Made by a program: the position numbers and the translations under genes. The notes beneath the pieces were generated by a model. The model saw only the letters and a program-made list of their open reading frames with translations. It ran no database searches and was not told the origin of the DNA. From assembly GCA_963714015.1 (NCBI GenBank), contig OY970223.1:1568001-1632000 (forward strand): 64,000 bases of DNA. The letters are read 5' to 3'. The DNA comes from Vulcanimicrobiota bacterium (GTDB lineage: Bacteria > Vulcanimicrobiota > Vulcanimicrobiia > Vulcanimicrobiales > Vulcanimicrobiaceae). Below are positions 31,656 through 40,507 of the stretch, piece by piece; positions within the stretch are counted from its first letter, which is position 1, and each line of letters starts with the position of its first letter.

Positions 31656-33544
31656 AGCGAAGCGCTCTGGACAGAGCGGTGGATTGGCTGCTTGACCGGC
31701 AGCATCCCGAGGGTTGGTGGACCGACGAACTCGAGACGAACGTCACGATGACGGCGGAGCACGTCCTGCTGATGCGTTTTCTCGGCATCGCCGTCGATTC
31801 GATCCGCGACGGGGCGATCCGGCACATTCTGCACAATCAGCGCGAGGACGGCTCGTGGGCGCTGTACTACGAAGGTCCCGCGGATTTGAGTACGACGATC
31901 GAAGCATATGTCGCGCTCAAGGTGCTGGGCGTCGATCCGGATGCCGATGCGATGCGTCGAGCGCTTCTGATGATTCGCGATTTGGGCGGACTGACGCAGG
32001 CGCGCGTCTTCACGAAGATCTGGATGGCGCTCTTTGGCATCTACCCGTGGGACGGCATCCCGACGATGCCGCCCGAGATCGTCCGGTTTCCGCCATGGAT
32101 GCCGTTCAATCTGTACGACTTTTCGTGCTGGGCGCGTGGAACCGTCGGCCCGCTTTGCGTCGTGATTGCGCACCGCCCGGTTCGGGAGTTGGGCGTTGAC
32201 GTTGCGGAGATCGTCAATCCGGGCACGCACGCGCAGATGCACGCGGTACCCGGATCGGGTTGGCTCTGGTGGGTCGATAAAGCGCTCAAAGCATACGAAA
32301 GAATGCCGTTCAAGCCGGGACGCCGTGCCGCTTGCAAGCGGATGATCGAATGGGTCATCGAGCGGCAGGAAGCCGACGGCAGCTGGGGCGGGATTCAACC
32401 GCCGTGGGTGTATTCGCTGATCGCGCTCGACATTGAAGGATACGGAGTGGATCACCCGGTGATGCGCAAAGGTCTGGCGGGCATGGAGCGGTTTGTTTGG
32501 GAGGACCGGGACGGCTGGCGTTTTCAGGCGTGCATGTCGCCCGTGTGGGACACCGCATGGGTGATGCGTGCGCTCTATCAGGCGGGGCTCGGCGCAGAAC
32601 ATCCTGCGCAACGCCGCGCGGTGCAGTGGATGCTCTCGGAACAGATCGACGCAAAAGCTCCGGGCGACTGGCGCGTGCGCTGCAAGGGCGTGGACTGCGG
32701 CGGCTGGGCGTTTGAATTCGACAACGATGCATACCCCGACGTCGACGATACGGCCGTCATCGTCTGTGCACTGCTCGAAGCCGGTGATGCCGCAATGGTG
32801 CGCCGGCCGATCGATCGCGCGGTCGAATGGACGCTGGCAATGCGCTCGAGCAACGACGCTTGGGGCGCGTTCGACAAAGACAATACAAGCGAGATCCTGT
32901 ATCGCATGCCGTTCTCGGATTTCGGCGCGATGATCGATCCTCCCAGCGAAGACGTCACGGCGCACGTCGTCGAGATGCTGGCGATGCTGGGCCGCGAGCA
33001 GAGCGATTCGTACGTTGAGCGTGCGCTCGAGTATCTGCGCAAGACGCAAAAATCCGCGGGATCCTGGTTCGGGCGTTGGGGCGTGAACCATATTTACGGA
33101 ACGTGGTGCGTGGTTTCGGCGCTGGGGCAGCTGAACGCGGGCCATGACATGATCGCCCGAGCGGCGTCTTGGGTGATATCCAAGCAAAACGGCGACGGCG
33201 GCTGGGGAGAGACGTGCCACTCGTACGTCGACGAGTCGTTCGCCGGCGTGGGAACGAGCACGGCATCGCAGACCGCATGGGCGGTGATGACGCTGCAATG
33301 GGCGGGTATGGGCAACCATTCGGCCGCCCAACGGGGTCTGGAGTTTTTGCGCGAACAGCAGCGTGATGACGGAACGTGGGACGAGCGATACTTCACCGGA
33401 ACGGGCTTCCCGCGCGACTTTTATCTGAACTACCACATGTACCGGCATATTTTCCCGACGATGGCGCTGGCGATGGACCGGACCATGCAGCGGAACGATA
33501 TGACGGCGGCAACGACAATCGGAAGGCAGCAGGTAACCGCATAA
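31652..33544 (+). CDS. shc: Squalene-hopene cyclase
   Basis: QW repeats, SPVWDT, YPDVDDTA catalytic motif, GRWGVN, TGTGFP. Confidence 0.97.
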   Translation: MKRSALDRAVDWLLDRQHPEGWWTDELETNVTMTAEHVLLMRFLGIAVDSIRDGAIRHILHNQREDGSWALYYEGPADLSTTIEAYVALKVLGVDPDADAMRRALLMIRDLGGLTQARVFTKIWMALFGIYPWDGIPTMPPEIVRFPPWMPFNLYDFSCWARGTVGPLCVVIAHRPVRELGVDVAEIVNPGTHAQMHAVPGSGWLWWVDKALKAYERMPFKPGRRAACKRMIEWVIERQEADGSWGGIQPPWVYSLIALDIEGYGVDHPVMRKGLAGMERFVWEDRDGWRFQACMSPVWDTAWVMRALYQAGLGAEHPAQRRAVQWMLSEQIDAKAPGDWRVRCKGVDCGGWAFEFDNDAYPDVDDTAVIVCALLEAGDAAMVRRPIDRAVEWTLAMRSSNDAWGAFDKDNTSEILYRMPFSDFGAMIDPPSEDVTAHVVEMLAMLGREQSDSYVERALEYLRKTQKSAGSWFGRWGVNHIYGTWCVVSALGQLNAGHDMIARAASWVISKQNGDGGWGETCHSYVDESFAGVGTSTASQTAWAVMTLQWAGMGNHSAAQRGLEFLREQQRDDGTWDERYFTGTGFPRDFYLNYHMYRHIFPTMALAMDRTMQRNDMTAATTIGRQQVTA

Positions 33545-34552
33545 ATGAGCACACCATTCGCACAGAAACTGGAGATTGCAAAGTACATCTTCGGCAAGAG
33601 ACTCAAAGGCGAAAAGAAATACGCGCTGGTGATGGAGCTCGAGCCCCTCTTTCAGTGTAATCTGGCATGCGCGGGATGCGGAAAGATTCAGCATCCGGCC
33701 GAGACGCTGCGTAAGCGCCTCTCCGTCGAGGATTGTTTGAGCGCCATCGAGGAATGCGGTGCGCCGGTGATCTCGATCGCCGGAGGCGAGCCGCTGGTCT
33801 ATGAAGAGCTTCCGCGGTTGATCGACGAGCTGATAAAGCGCCGGAAAGTGGTCATCGTCTGCACCAACGCTCTGCTGCTCGAGAAGAAGATCGAGAAGTT
33901 CAAACCGCACCCGCTGTTCACGTGGATGATCCATCTGGACGGATTGAAAGAGCGCCACGATCAAGTCGTGTGCCGCGACGGGACGTTCGACAAAGCCGTT
34001 GCCGCGATCAAGATCGCGAAGGCTAAAGGCTTCCGAGTTTCGACGAACACGACGTTCTTCGATCCGGACGACGCCAAAGCGATTCGTTCCGTGCTGGATT
34101 ATCTGAACGACGACTTGCAGGTAGACTCCATGCAAATTTCTCCGGGGTACGCGTACGAGAAAGCGCCGGATCAGGAGCATTTCCTCGGTGTGGAGCGTAC
34201 GCGCGCAATTTTCCGCGAAGCGTTTTCGGGCGGAAAGCGCAAAAAATGGCGGCTCAACCACAGTCCGCTGTTCTTGGATTTTCTCGAAGGCAAGCTCGAC
34301 ATGGAGTGCACGCCGTGGGGCATTCCGTCGTACTCGATCTTCGGCTGGCAGCGGCCGTGCTATCTGATGTCCGACGCGCCCTACGCCAAGACGTACAAGG
34401 AATTGATCGAGGAGACGGACTGGTCGCTGTACGGACGCGGCAAGAACGAGAAGTGCGCGAATTGCATGGCGCACTGCGGTTACGAACCCACGGCCGTCGC
34501 GATGACGACCGGTTCCGTCAAGGAGAGCATTCGCGCGGCGCTCGCGCACTAG
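33545..34552 (+). CDS. hpnH: Adenosyl-hopene transferase (radical SAM)
   Basis: LEPLFQCNLACAGCGKI, CTPWG, WQRPCYL, CANCMAHCGYE. Confidence 0.96.
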   Translation: MSTPFAQKLEIAKYIFGKRLKGEKKYALVMELEPLFQCNLACAGCGKIQHPAETLRKRLSVEDCLSAIEECGAPVISIAGGEPLVYEELPRLIDELIKRRKVVIVCTNALLLEKKIEKFKPHPLFTWMIHLDGLKERHDQVVCRDGTFDKAVAAIKIAKAKGFRVSTNTTFFDPDDAKAIRSVLDYLNDDLQVDSMQISPGYAYEKAPDQEHFLGVERTRAIFREAFSGGKRKKWRLNHSPLFLDFLEGKLDMECTPWGIPSYSIFGWQRPCYLMSDAPYAKTYKELIEETDWSLYGRGKNEKCANCMAHCGYEPTAVAMTTGSVKESIRAALAH

Positions 34553-34564
34553 CTCATCCGGCGC

Positions 34565-35542
34565 ATGACCGGCGATCGGGTTTTTCTTACGGGAGCGAGC
34601 GGCTTTGTCGGTTCGCACGTAGCGCGGGAACTGCTTGCGGCGGGCTATCGCGTGCGCGCGCTCGTTCGGCCCGGTGGACCGGAGTTGCTTGCCGGCATTG
34701 AGCCGGTTCCGGGCGATTTGGAAAATCCCGGCGCATTCGCTCGCGCGCTGCAGGGCTGCCGTTTCGTCGTACATTGCGCCGCGCTGTATTCGTTTGCACC
34801 GCGCGACCGTGCGCGAATGCATGCGGTGAATGTGGCCGGCACTGCTGGGCTGTTGGAAGCGGCGCACGTTGCCGGAGTCGAGCGCGCGGTCGTAACATCG
34901 AGCTCGGCGGCGCTCGGAGCGGCGAACGGGCGCCCGCGCACGGAAGAAGATTGGGCGCACGATGCGCACGGCGTGGGTTACCACAGTTCCAAACTGCGGC
35001 AAGAACGCGCGGCGCTTGCGGCCCGAGTGCCCCTCGTACGGTTGTTGCCGACGGCACCCGTAGGACCCGCAGACCGCAAACCGACGCCGACGGGCCGCAT
35101 GATCTTGGATTTTGCTCGCGGCAAGATGGCGGTTCTGCCGCCGCGCGGGGGCTTGAATCTGGTTCCGGTCGAAGACGTTGCGCGCGCGCACGTGGTTGCA
35201 CTCGATCGCGGCGGCACGGGCGAGCGGTATATTTTGGGCGGCGAGAATCTTACGCTGGATCGAGTATGGCAGCTGCTTTCAGCAATCACCGGAAAGCCGA
35301 TGCCGAAGATGCGGATTCCCGCGCCGCTGTTGTATGCGCTCGCTTACGGCGACGAACTGCGCTGCCGCTTGATGCCGAATGCGCAGCCCGAGATTCCGCT
35401 CGAAGGCGTGCGCATGTCGCACGATCTGATGTTCGCGGATTCTTCCAAAGCAATGCGCGATCTTGGGTTTGCACCGGGGCCCGCCGAAGCAGCGCTCGAG
35501 CGCGCGGTGGGGTGGTATCGCGCGAACGGTTACGTGTCATAA
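34565..35542 (+). CDS. hpnA: Hopanoid-associated NAD-dependent sugar epimerase
   Basis: TGASGFVG, YHSSK, PTAPVGP.D.KPTPTG, GERYILGG. Confidence 0.9.
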   Translation: MTGDRVFLTGASGFVGSHVARELLAAGYRVRALVRPGGPELLAGIEPVPGDLENPGAFARALQGCRFVVHCAALYSFAPRDRARMHAVNVAGTAGLLEAAHVAGVERAVVTSSSAALGAANGRPRTEEDWAHDAHGVGYHSSKLRQERAALAARVPLVRLLPTAPVGPADRKPTPTGRMILDFARGKMAVLPPRGGLNLVPVEDVARAHVVALDRGGTGERYILGGENLTLDRVWQLLSAITGKPMPKMRIPAPLLYALAYGDELRCRLMPNAQPEIPLEGVRMSHDLMFADSSKAMRDLGFAPGPAEAALERAVGWYRANGYVS

Positions 35543-35550
35543 TAACAATC

Positions 35551-36135
35551 GTGACCGCCACGCGGCTTGAGGCGGATGCAGTGCGCAAAGTGGTCTCGGG
35601 CGCGCGGGTGGTGCAAGCGGGAATCGCGCTGGCGAAGCAGCGCGCGTTTGAGGGCGCGGCGATCAGCTGCGGTGTGGCCGGCGGCCTGCGCGGGGGTATC
35701 GAAACCGGCACGGTGCTGATTCCCAAAACGGTGCGGCGCCTCGATGGATCGACGCTCGAATGCGATCCGGAGTTGCGCGAATCGCTGCTGCGCGCCGCGC
35801 GCGAGTTGAATTACGATCCGGACGAAGCGCCGCTCTTGACCAGCGCCGCACTGGTGCGAGGCAAGAATCGGCAGGAGTGGGCCGCCCGCGGCTACACCGG
35901 CGTGGACATGGAAACCGGTGCCATTTCCGCCCCCCGCATCGCGTGCGTTCGCGTCGTGCTCGACACGCCGCAGCACGAAATTTCACCCGCTTGGCAGACG
36001 CCCGCGACTGTCATTTTTCACCCGCGTGCGTGGCTCGATTTGCCGTTTCTAGCGCGCGAAGGCCCCCACTGCGCGGCTATTGCCGCGTCGATCGTCGCAG
36101 CTGCGCTTAAGGAACGTGTGCCGCAGGAGGCGTAG
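35551..36135 (+). CDS. hpnG: Hopanoid-associated nucleoside phosphorylase (start uncertain)
   Basis: SCGVAGGL, GVDMET, VRVVLD; last gene of the hpn run. Confidence 0.8.
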   Translation: MTATRLEADAVRKVVSGARVVQAGIALAKQRAFEGAAISCGVAGGLRGGIETGTVLIPKTVRRLDGSTLECDPELRESLLRAARELNYDPDEAPLLTSAALVRGKNRQEWAARGYTGVDMETGAISAPRIACVRVVLDTPQHEISPAWQTPATVIFHPRAWLDLPFLAREGPHCAAIAASIVAAALKERVPQEA

Positions 36136-36152
36136 GCGCCGGCGCGGCAAAC

Positions 36153-36837
36153 GTGAGCGTGATGCGCGTACTAGCGGGTTTGTGTTTCGCATTTTTTACC
36201 TGTACGGCCGCCGGTTCGGCGGCAACGATGCAGCTCTATGATGCTGCTATCGTGCTTAGCGGTCCGTTGGTGTCCGGCGACGAGGGCACGCTGGCCGATA
36301 TGCTAAAGCAGAACCCGTCCGTGACGACGCTCGTGCTTTACGACTCGCCGGGCGGCGACGGCCTCGTCATGCAGCACATGTCTGCAATAATTCGAGGGAG
36401 GAAACTGGCAACGGCAGTAGCGGGTAATTGCGCGTCGGCATGCGCGATGGTGTTTCTTAGCGGCGTCGAGCGATAGTTTCAGCGACCTGGCTCCGCTTCA
36501 GGACACTTCCATTGGCTTTCACGGAAGTTATCGGCCGGACGGATCGCTTGCGGCCGAAGGCCGTCTGTCGATGATCGCCGGCATGATTGCCGATGAAACC
36601 GGCGGTAAAGCCGATCCCACGCTGGTAGCGCACTGGCTGCACTTCCCGACGCGCCGCAGCCTCGTGCGTTTCTCATATCCCGGCGCGGACGGAAAACCGC
36701 AACATCCGACGGTTTTTGAATGTTCGGGCGGACAACGCTACCCTACCGACTACAGTACGTGTACGCCGATTGCCGGCCATGACGCGCTGGACATGGGAAT
36801 CATCACCTCAACGCAGGTACTGCACGTCGACCGGTGA
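36153..36837 (+). CDS. Secreted hypothetical protein, ClpP/crotonase-like (frameshift near 36470)
   Basis: Signal peptide; DSPGG, CASACAMVFLSG.ER, IGFHG. Confidence 0.65.
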
Positions 36838-36853
36838 GAAGCGGTGCGCGGTA

Positions 36854-37039
36854 CTACTCGCTATGGCGCGCGCAACAGTGGAGGTCGACGAGCGCGCCAC
36901 CGATGATTTCGCCGCTGCAGCCGCAGGGCCAATTCCACCGCCGCACGTATGCCGAGCGATTCGGTTCTATTTCGCCTTGCTCAAAGGTAGAGGTGGGAAC
37001 CCCTAAGCGGCGAGTGGCGGTCTCGGTGAGCACAACCAT
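36854..37039 (-). CDS. Small Cys/His-rich hypothetical protein
   Basis: WNWPCGCSG...LHCCARH; same strand as and about 35 nt downstream of the GGDEF-EAL gene. Confidence 0.45.
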   Translation of the reverse strand: MVVLTETATRRLGVPTSTFEQGEIEPNRSAYVRRWNWPCGCSGEIIGGALVDLHCCARHSE

Positions 37040-37073
37040 CGTGGGCGGTGGTGTACCCAGGAAGCGGGCGCTT

Positions 37074-38960
37074 CTACCGGTGGGCGACTTGTAATAGCGA
37101 GCCCACCATCTCTGCCGGGAGGGGAGCGTGGAAGTGCAGGCCCTGGCCGTAGGTACAGCCTAGAGCGAGCAAGCGTTGCGCCTGCACGGGCGTCTCGACG
37201 CCTTCGGCCGTGACGCGCAAGTCGCAGGCCGCGCCGAGTTGGACCAGCAGCTCGACGATCTGTTGGCTCTTGGGGTTCCCCAAATCCGAGATGAAGGTCT
37301 GATCGATTTTGAACGCGTCGATCGGCAGCGACTTGATGTAGCGCAGCGACGAGTACCCGGTGCCGAAGTCGTCGATGCAGAGTTCGACCCCCACCGCCTT
37401 GAGCTTCGCAAGGACTCCGGCGGCGCGTTGTTCGCTTTGGAGAATCGAGGTTTCGGTAATCTCGAGCGAGAGCTGGCTGGGCGTTATCTCGAATTCTTCA
37501 ATCAGCGCCGCCAAGAATTCGGGCAGATCGGTCTGCAGCACTTCTTGAACGGAGAGATTGACGTTGATCTTGAGATTCTGATCTCCGCTGATTTCGCGCC
37601 AGCGTCGCAGCTGATTGCAGGCGCTGGAGAGCACGAAACGCCCGACCGGAACCATTAGACCCATCTCTTCGGCGAGGGGCAAAAACGCGGCCGGATTCAG
37701 GTAGCCTTGTTCCGGATGATTCCAGCGCAGCAATGCCTCGAAGCCGCAGATCGATCCGCTCGCGAGTTCGACGATTGGCTGGTAGAGCACGACGAACTGC
37801 TGATCCTCGATCGCGGTGCGCAAGTGCATGCGCAGCGAAAGGCGGCGCAGCGCTTCTTCATGCATGCTCGCGACGAAATGCGCGCTGCGATTACGCCCTT
37901 CGGATTTAGCGTAGTACATGGCCGTGTCCGCGTCCCGCAGCACTTCGGCAATGGAAGTATACTGCTTGTCGACCGGGGCCACTCCGATGCTCGCCGTCAT
38001 GACGATCTCGCGCCCTGCGATGTGGTAAGGTTTGCGCAGCGTTCCGTGCACCACGTCGAGCACCGAGGCGATGCGTTCCTGCGTCGCGTCAGCGATCAGT
38101 ACGGCAAATTCGTCGCCTGCCATGCGCGCGACGGTAAAGCGTTCTTCGACGACCGTGCGCAGGCGCGCCGCCGCTTCTTTGAGCACTTCATCGCCCGCAA
38201 GGTGCCCGAGCGTGTCGTTGATCGACTTGAACTCGTCCAGATCCAGATAAAGCACCGCACGCAGCAGCGCCTCGCCGCGCTGAACCGCCTCTAATGCGCG
38301 CGCGAGTTCCAGGGAAAATACGGTCCGGTTGGGCAGGCCCGTAAGCGAATCGTGCGTCGCTTCGTATTGAAGGCGGCTTTGGGAGCGCGCATTGGCCAGC
38401 GCCATGCCCATCAAGTTCACGAAGACTTGCATGGCGCGCAGCGTTTGGGCGCTCGGAATCTCTCCCGTCGTCGGGCCGTCCGGCGACATGTATCCGATCA
38501 TCACGCCGTCGCGATCGTGCAGCGTCAGCACCAGCGCGTCGCGCTCGTGCCATTGGCTGGGATACTTCCGCTCGGGCGCGTTCGGCAGTTCGCCCGTATA
38601 AATGGAACGCTCCCAGTGCGCTTCACGCTCGGCCGGAAAGAAATAGCAATCCTCGAAGAAGCGGACCGCTTGTTCGAGCATCGAGTTGAACGCTTCTCGA
38701 TCGATGCGCTCGTACAGCCGCTGCTCGACGACCTCGTCCGGATATCCCAGCATGACGCGCCGGCGCAGTTCGCCGTTGGGTTCTTCGGCGGCGACCATGG
38801 TGACGTAACGCCAGCCGAACAGTTCGAGAACGCCGCGGCCCAGCGACGTCAATGCGGCATCCAAGGATGATGCGCCTAGAACGTCACGCGTAATTTCGAA
38901 AAGCTTTTCGAGTTCGGTAACCGAACCGGCTCCGCTCGAGAGCGCACCAATGGGATACAT
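37074..38960 (-). CDS. GAF-GGDEF-EAL c-di-GMP enzyme
   Basis: HDSLTGLPNR, DLDEFKSIND, AGDEF; EALLRW, EITE, DDFGTGYSS, AEGVET. Confidence 0.95.
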   Translation of the reverse strand: MYPIGALSSGAGSVTELEKLFEITRDVLGASSLDAALTSLGRGVLELFGWRYVTMVAAEEPNGELRRRVMLGYPDEVVEQRLYERIDREAFNSMLEQAVRFFEDCYFFPAEREAHWERSIYTGELPNAPERKYPSQWHERDALVLTLHDRDGVMIGYMSPDGPTTGEIPSAQTLRAMQVFVNLMGMALANARSQSRLQYEATHDSLTGLPNRTVFSLELARALEAVQRGEALLRAVLYLDLDEFKSINDTLGHLAGDEVLKEAAARLRTVVEERFTVARMAGDEFAVLIADATQERIASVLDVVHGTLRKPYHIAGREIVMTASIGVAPVDKQYTSIAEVLRDADTAMYYAKSEGRNRSAHFVASMHEEALRRLSLRMHLRTAIEDQQFVVLYQPIVELASGSICGFEALLRWNHPEQGYLNPAAFLPLAEEMGLMVPVGRFVLSSACNQLRRWREISGDQNLKINVNLSVQEVLQTDLPEFLAALIEEFEITPSQLSLEITETSILQSEQRAAGVLAKLKAVGVELCIDDFGTGYSSLRYIKSLPIDAFKIDQTFISDLGNPKSQQIVELLVQLGAACDLRVTAEGVETPVQAQRLLALGCTYGQGLHFHAPLPAEMVGSLLQVAHR

Positions 38961-39038
38961 AAAGAGTCCAACCGCGCTAATTGACTGACGGCCATGCGGC
39001 TTTCCTGGCGCTTATGTCAAGAGTTTACTAAGAGGCGA

Positions 39039-39820
39039 CTACCCGAACAAGTGCCGGCCCGCAAGAGCCGCTGCGGCGACGACCAGCGCGACACCCATGA
39101 AGAGCATGAGGCGGTGGGATTTGACGCGCAGGGAAAGCCGAGCTCCGATCGGGCCGCCCAGCAGGCCGCCGGCGACGAGGGGAATGACGTAGTTCCAATC
39201 GATGTCGTTCTGAAGATAGTGCGTGATGAACCCCACCGGCGAGGTAAGAACGATGCCGAAATGGGACGTCGCGCTGATCGCATGCGCGGGCAGATCCGAA
39301 AAATACAAAAGCGAGGGAACCATCACGACGCCGCCTCCGACGCCGAATAAGCTGGAGATGACGCCGACGCAGAAACCCGTCGCCATTGCGCCGTACCACG
39401 GCATGCCGGTGGCGAGATGAATTGCGCCTTCGCTTTGCCTTCCGGCCAGACGCCCCTGGCTGTTGAGCACCATGTCGATCGCGACGATAACGAGAAAGCC
39501 CGCGAAGAGCCAGTCGAAGATGTTGGGCGGCAAACTCTTGACCGCGAGTGCGCCGAGCACGCCGCCGGGGAGCCCGCCCGCAGCAATGAGCAATCCAAGC
39601 CGCACGTGCACCTTGCGATGGATCAAATAGGTCGTTGCGCCGCTTCCGCTGTTGGCGATGACGAGCGCGAGTGAAGTTCCGGATGCGATTGCGGGATGCA
39701 GGCCGTAAAAGAGCCGCAAAATCGGGACGATGATAAATCCGCCGCCGAGTCCGACCATGGAGCCGAAAACCGCGGCCCCGAATCCGGCTACGAAGAGCCA
39801 GACGTAGTGCGAATACGCGT
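39039..39820 (-). CDS. TauE/SafE (TSUP) family exporter; frame is open upstream of ATG 39758, start uncertain
   Basis: Duplicated GLGGG/GVGGG motifs, ASGTSL/ISATS, multiple TM helices. Confidence 0.88.
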
Positions 39821-39835
39821 GAATGACAAGGAAGC

Positions 39836-40399
39836 TCAGGTGCCGACGCGGCCGATGTACCGGCGGTCGCGCGTGTCGATGCGAATGACGTCGCCGGGGT
39901 TGACGAAGAGCGGCACTTGAACGACCGCTCGGGTTTCGAGCGTAGCGGGCTTGGTCGTTCCCGTCGCCGTATCGCCTTTGAAACCAGGATCCGTCTCTTC
40001 GACTTTGAGTTCGACGTGCGCCGGAAGGTCGCAGCCGATCGGATTATTGTCGTGAAACTGCACGTCCACGATCATGCCGTCTTTGAGGAAGTCTGCAGGA
40101 CCGCCGATGACGTCGCGCTGCAGCGTAACGTTCTCGAACGTCTCCTGATCCATGAAATGGTAGCCGTCCGAGTCGTTGTACAGCATCTGCATCTGCCGGT
40201 TGTCTACCGTTGCCCGTTCGAGCTTTTCGCCGGCGCGAAACGTCTTTTCCACCGTCGCGCCCGTCTTGACGTTCTTCAAGCGCGTGCGCACGAACGCCGA
40301 GCCCTTCCCCGGTTTTACGTGCAAAAATTCTATGACCGTCCAGAGCTGGCCGTTCTCGAGAATGGTTACGCCGTTACGGAGGTCGTTCGAAGAGATCAT
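39836..40399 (-). CDS. efp: Elongation factor P
   Basis: MISSNDLRNG, HVKPGKGSAFVR, PGFKGDT, VPLFV; 187 aa. Confidence 0.97.
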   Translation of the reverse strand: MISSNDLRNGVTILENGQLWTVIEFLHVKPGKGSAFVRTRLKNVKTGATVEKTFRAGEKLERATVDNRQMQMLYNDSDGYHFMDQETFENVTLQRDVIGGPADFLKDGMIVDVQFHDNNPIGCDLPAHVELKVEETDPGFKGDTATGTTKPATLETRAVVQVPLFVNPGDVIRIDTRDRRYIGRVGT

Positions 40400-40507
40400 G
40401 ACCAGGGCCAATACGCAGGGGGGCCGCAAAGGCCCTGTCCAAAGCAAGCTTCCCGGCACGCAGGGGCGCACTCGGTTGCTACGAAAGTCGCGGCACGGAG
40501 GCTCGCC

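Noticed and set aside
31322..35191. 1289-aa minus-strand ORF, and other long antisense ORFs such as 44681..46588 and 7..1179
   Set aside because: Shadow frames of shc/hpnH/hpnA and other real genes, expected from GC-rich codon bias; no domain motifs.
36914..36940. WNW motif resembling a darobactin-type RiPP core
   Set aside because: No SPASM-type radical SAM maturase or exporter is adjacent; HpnH and MiaB have known roles.
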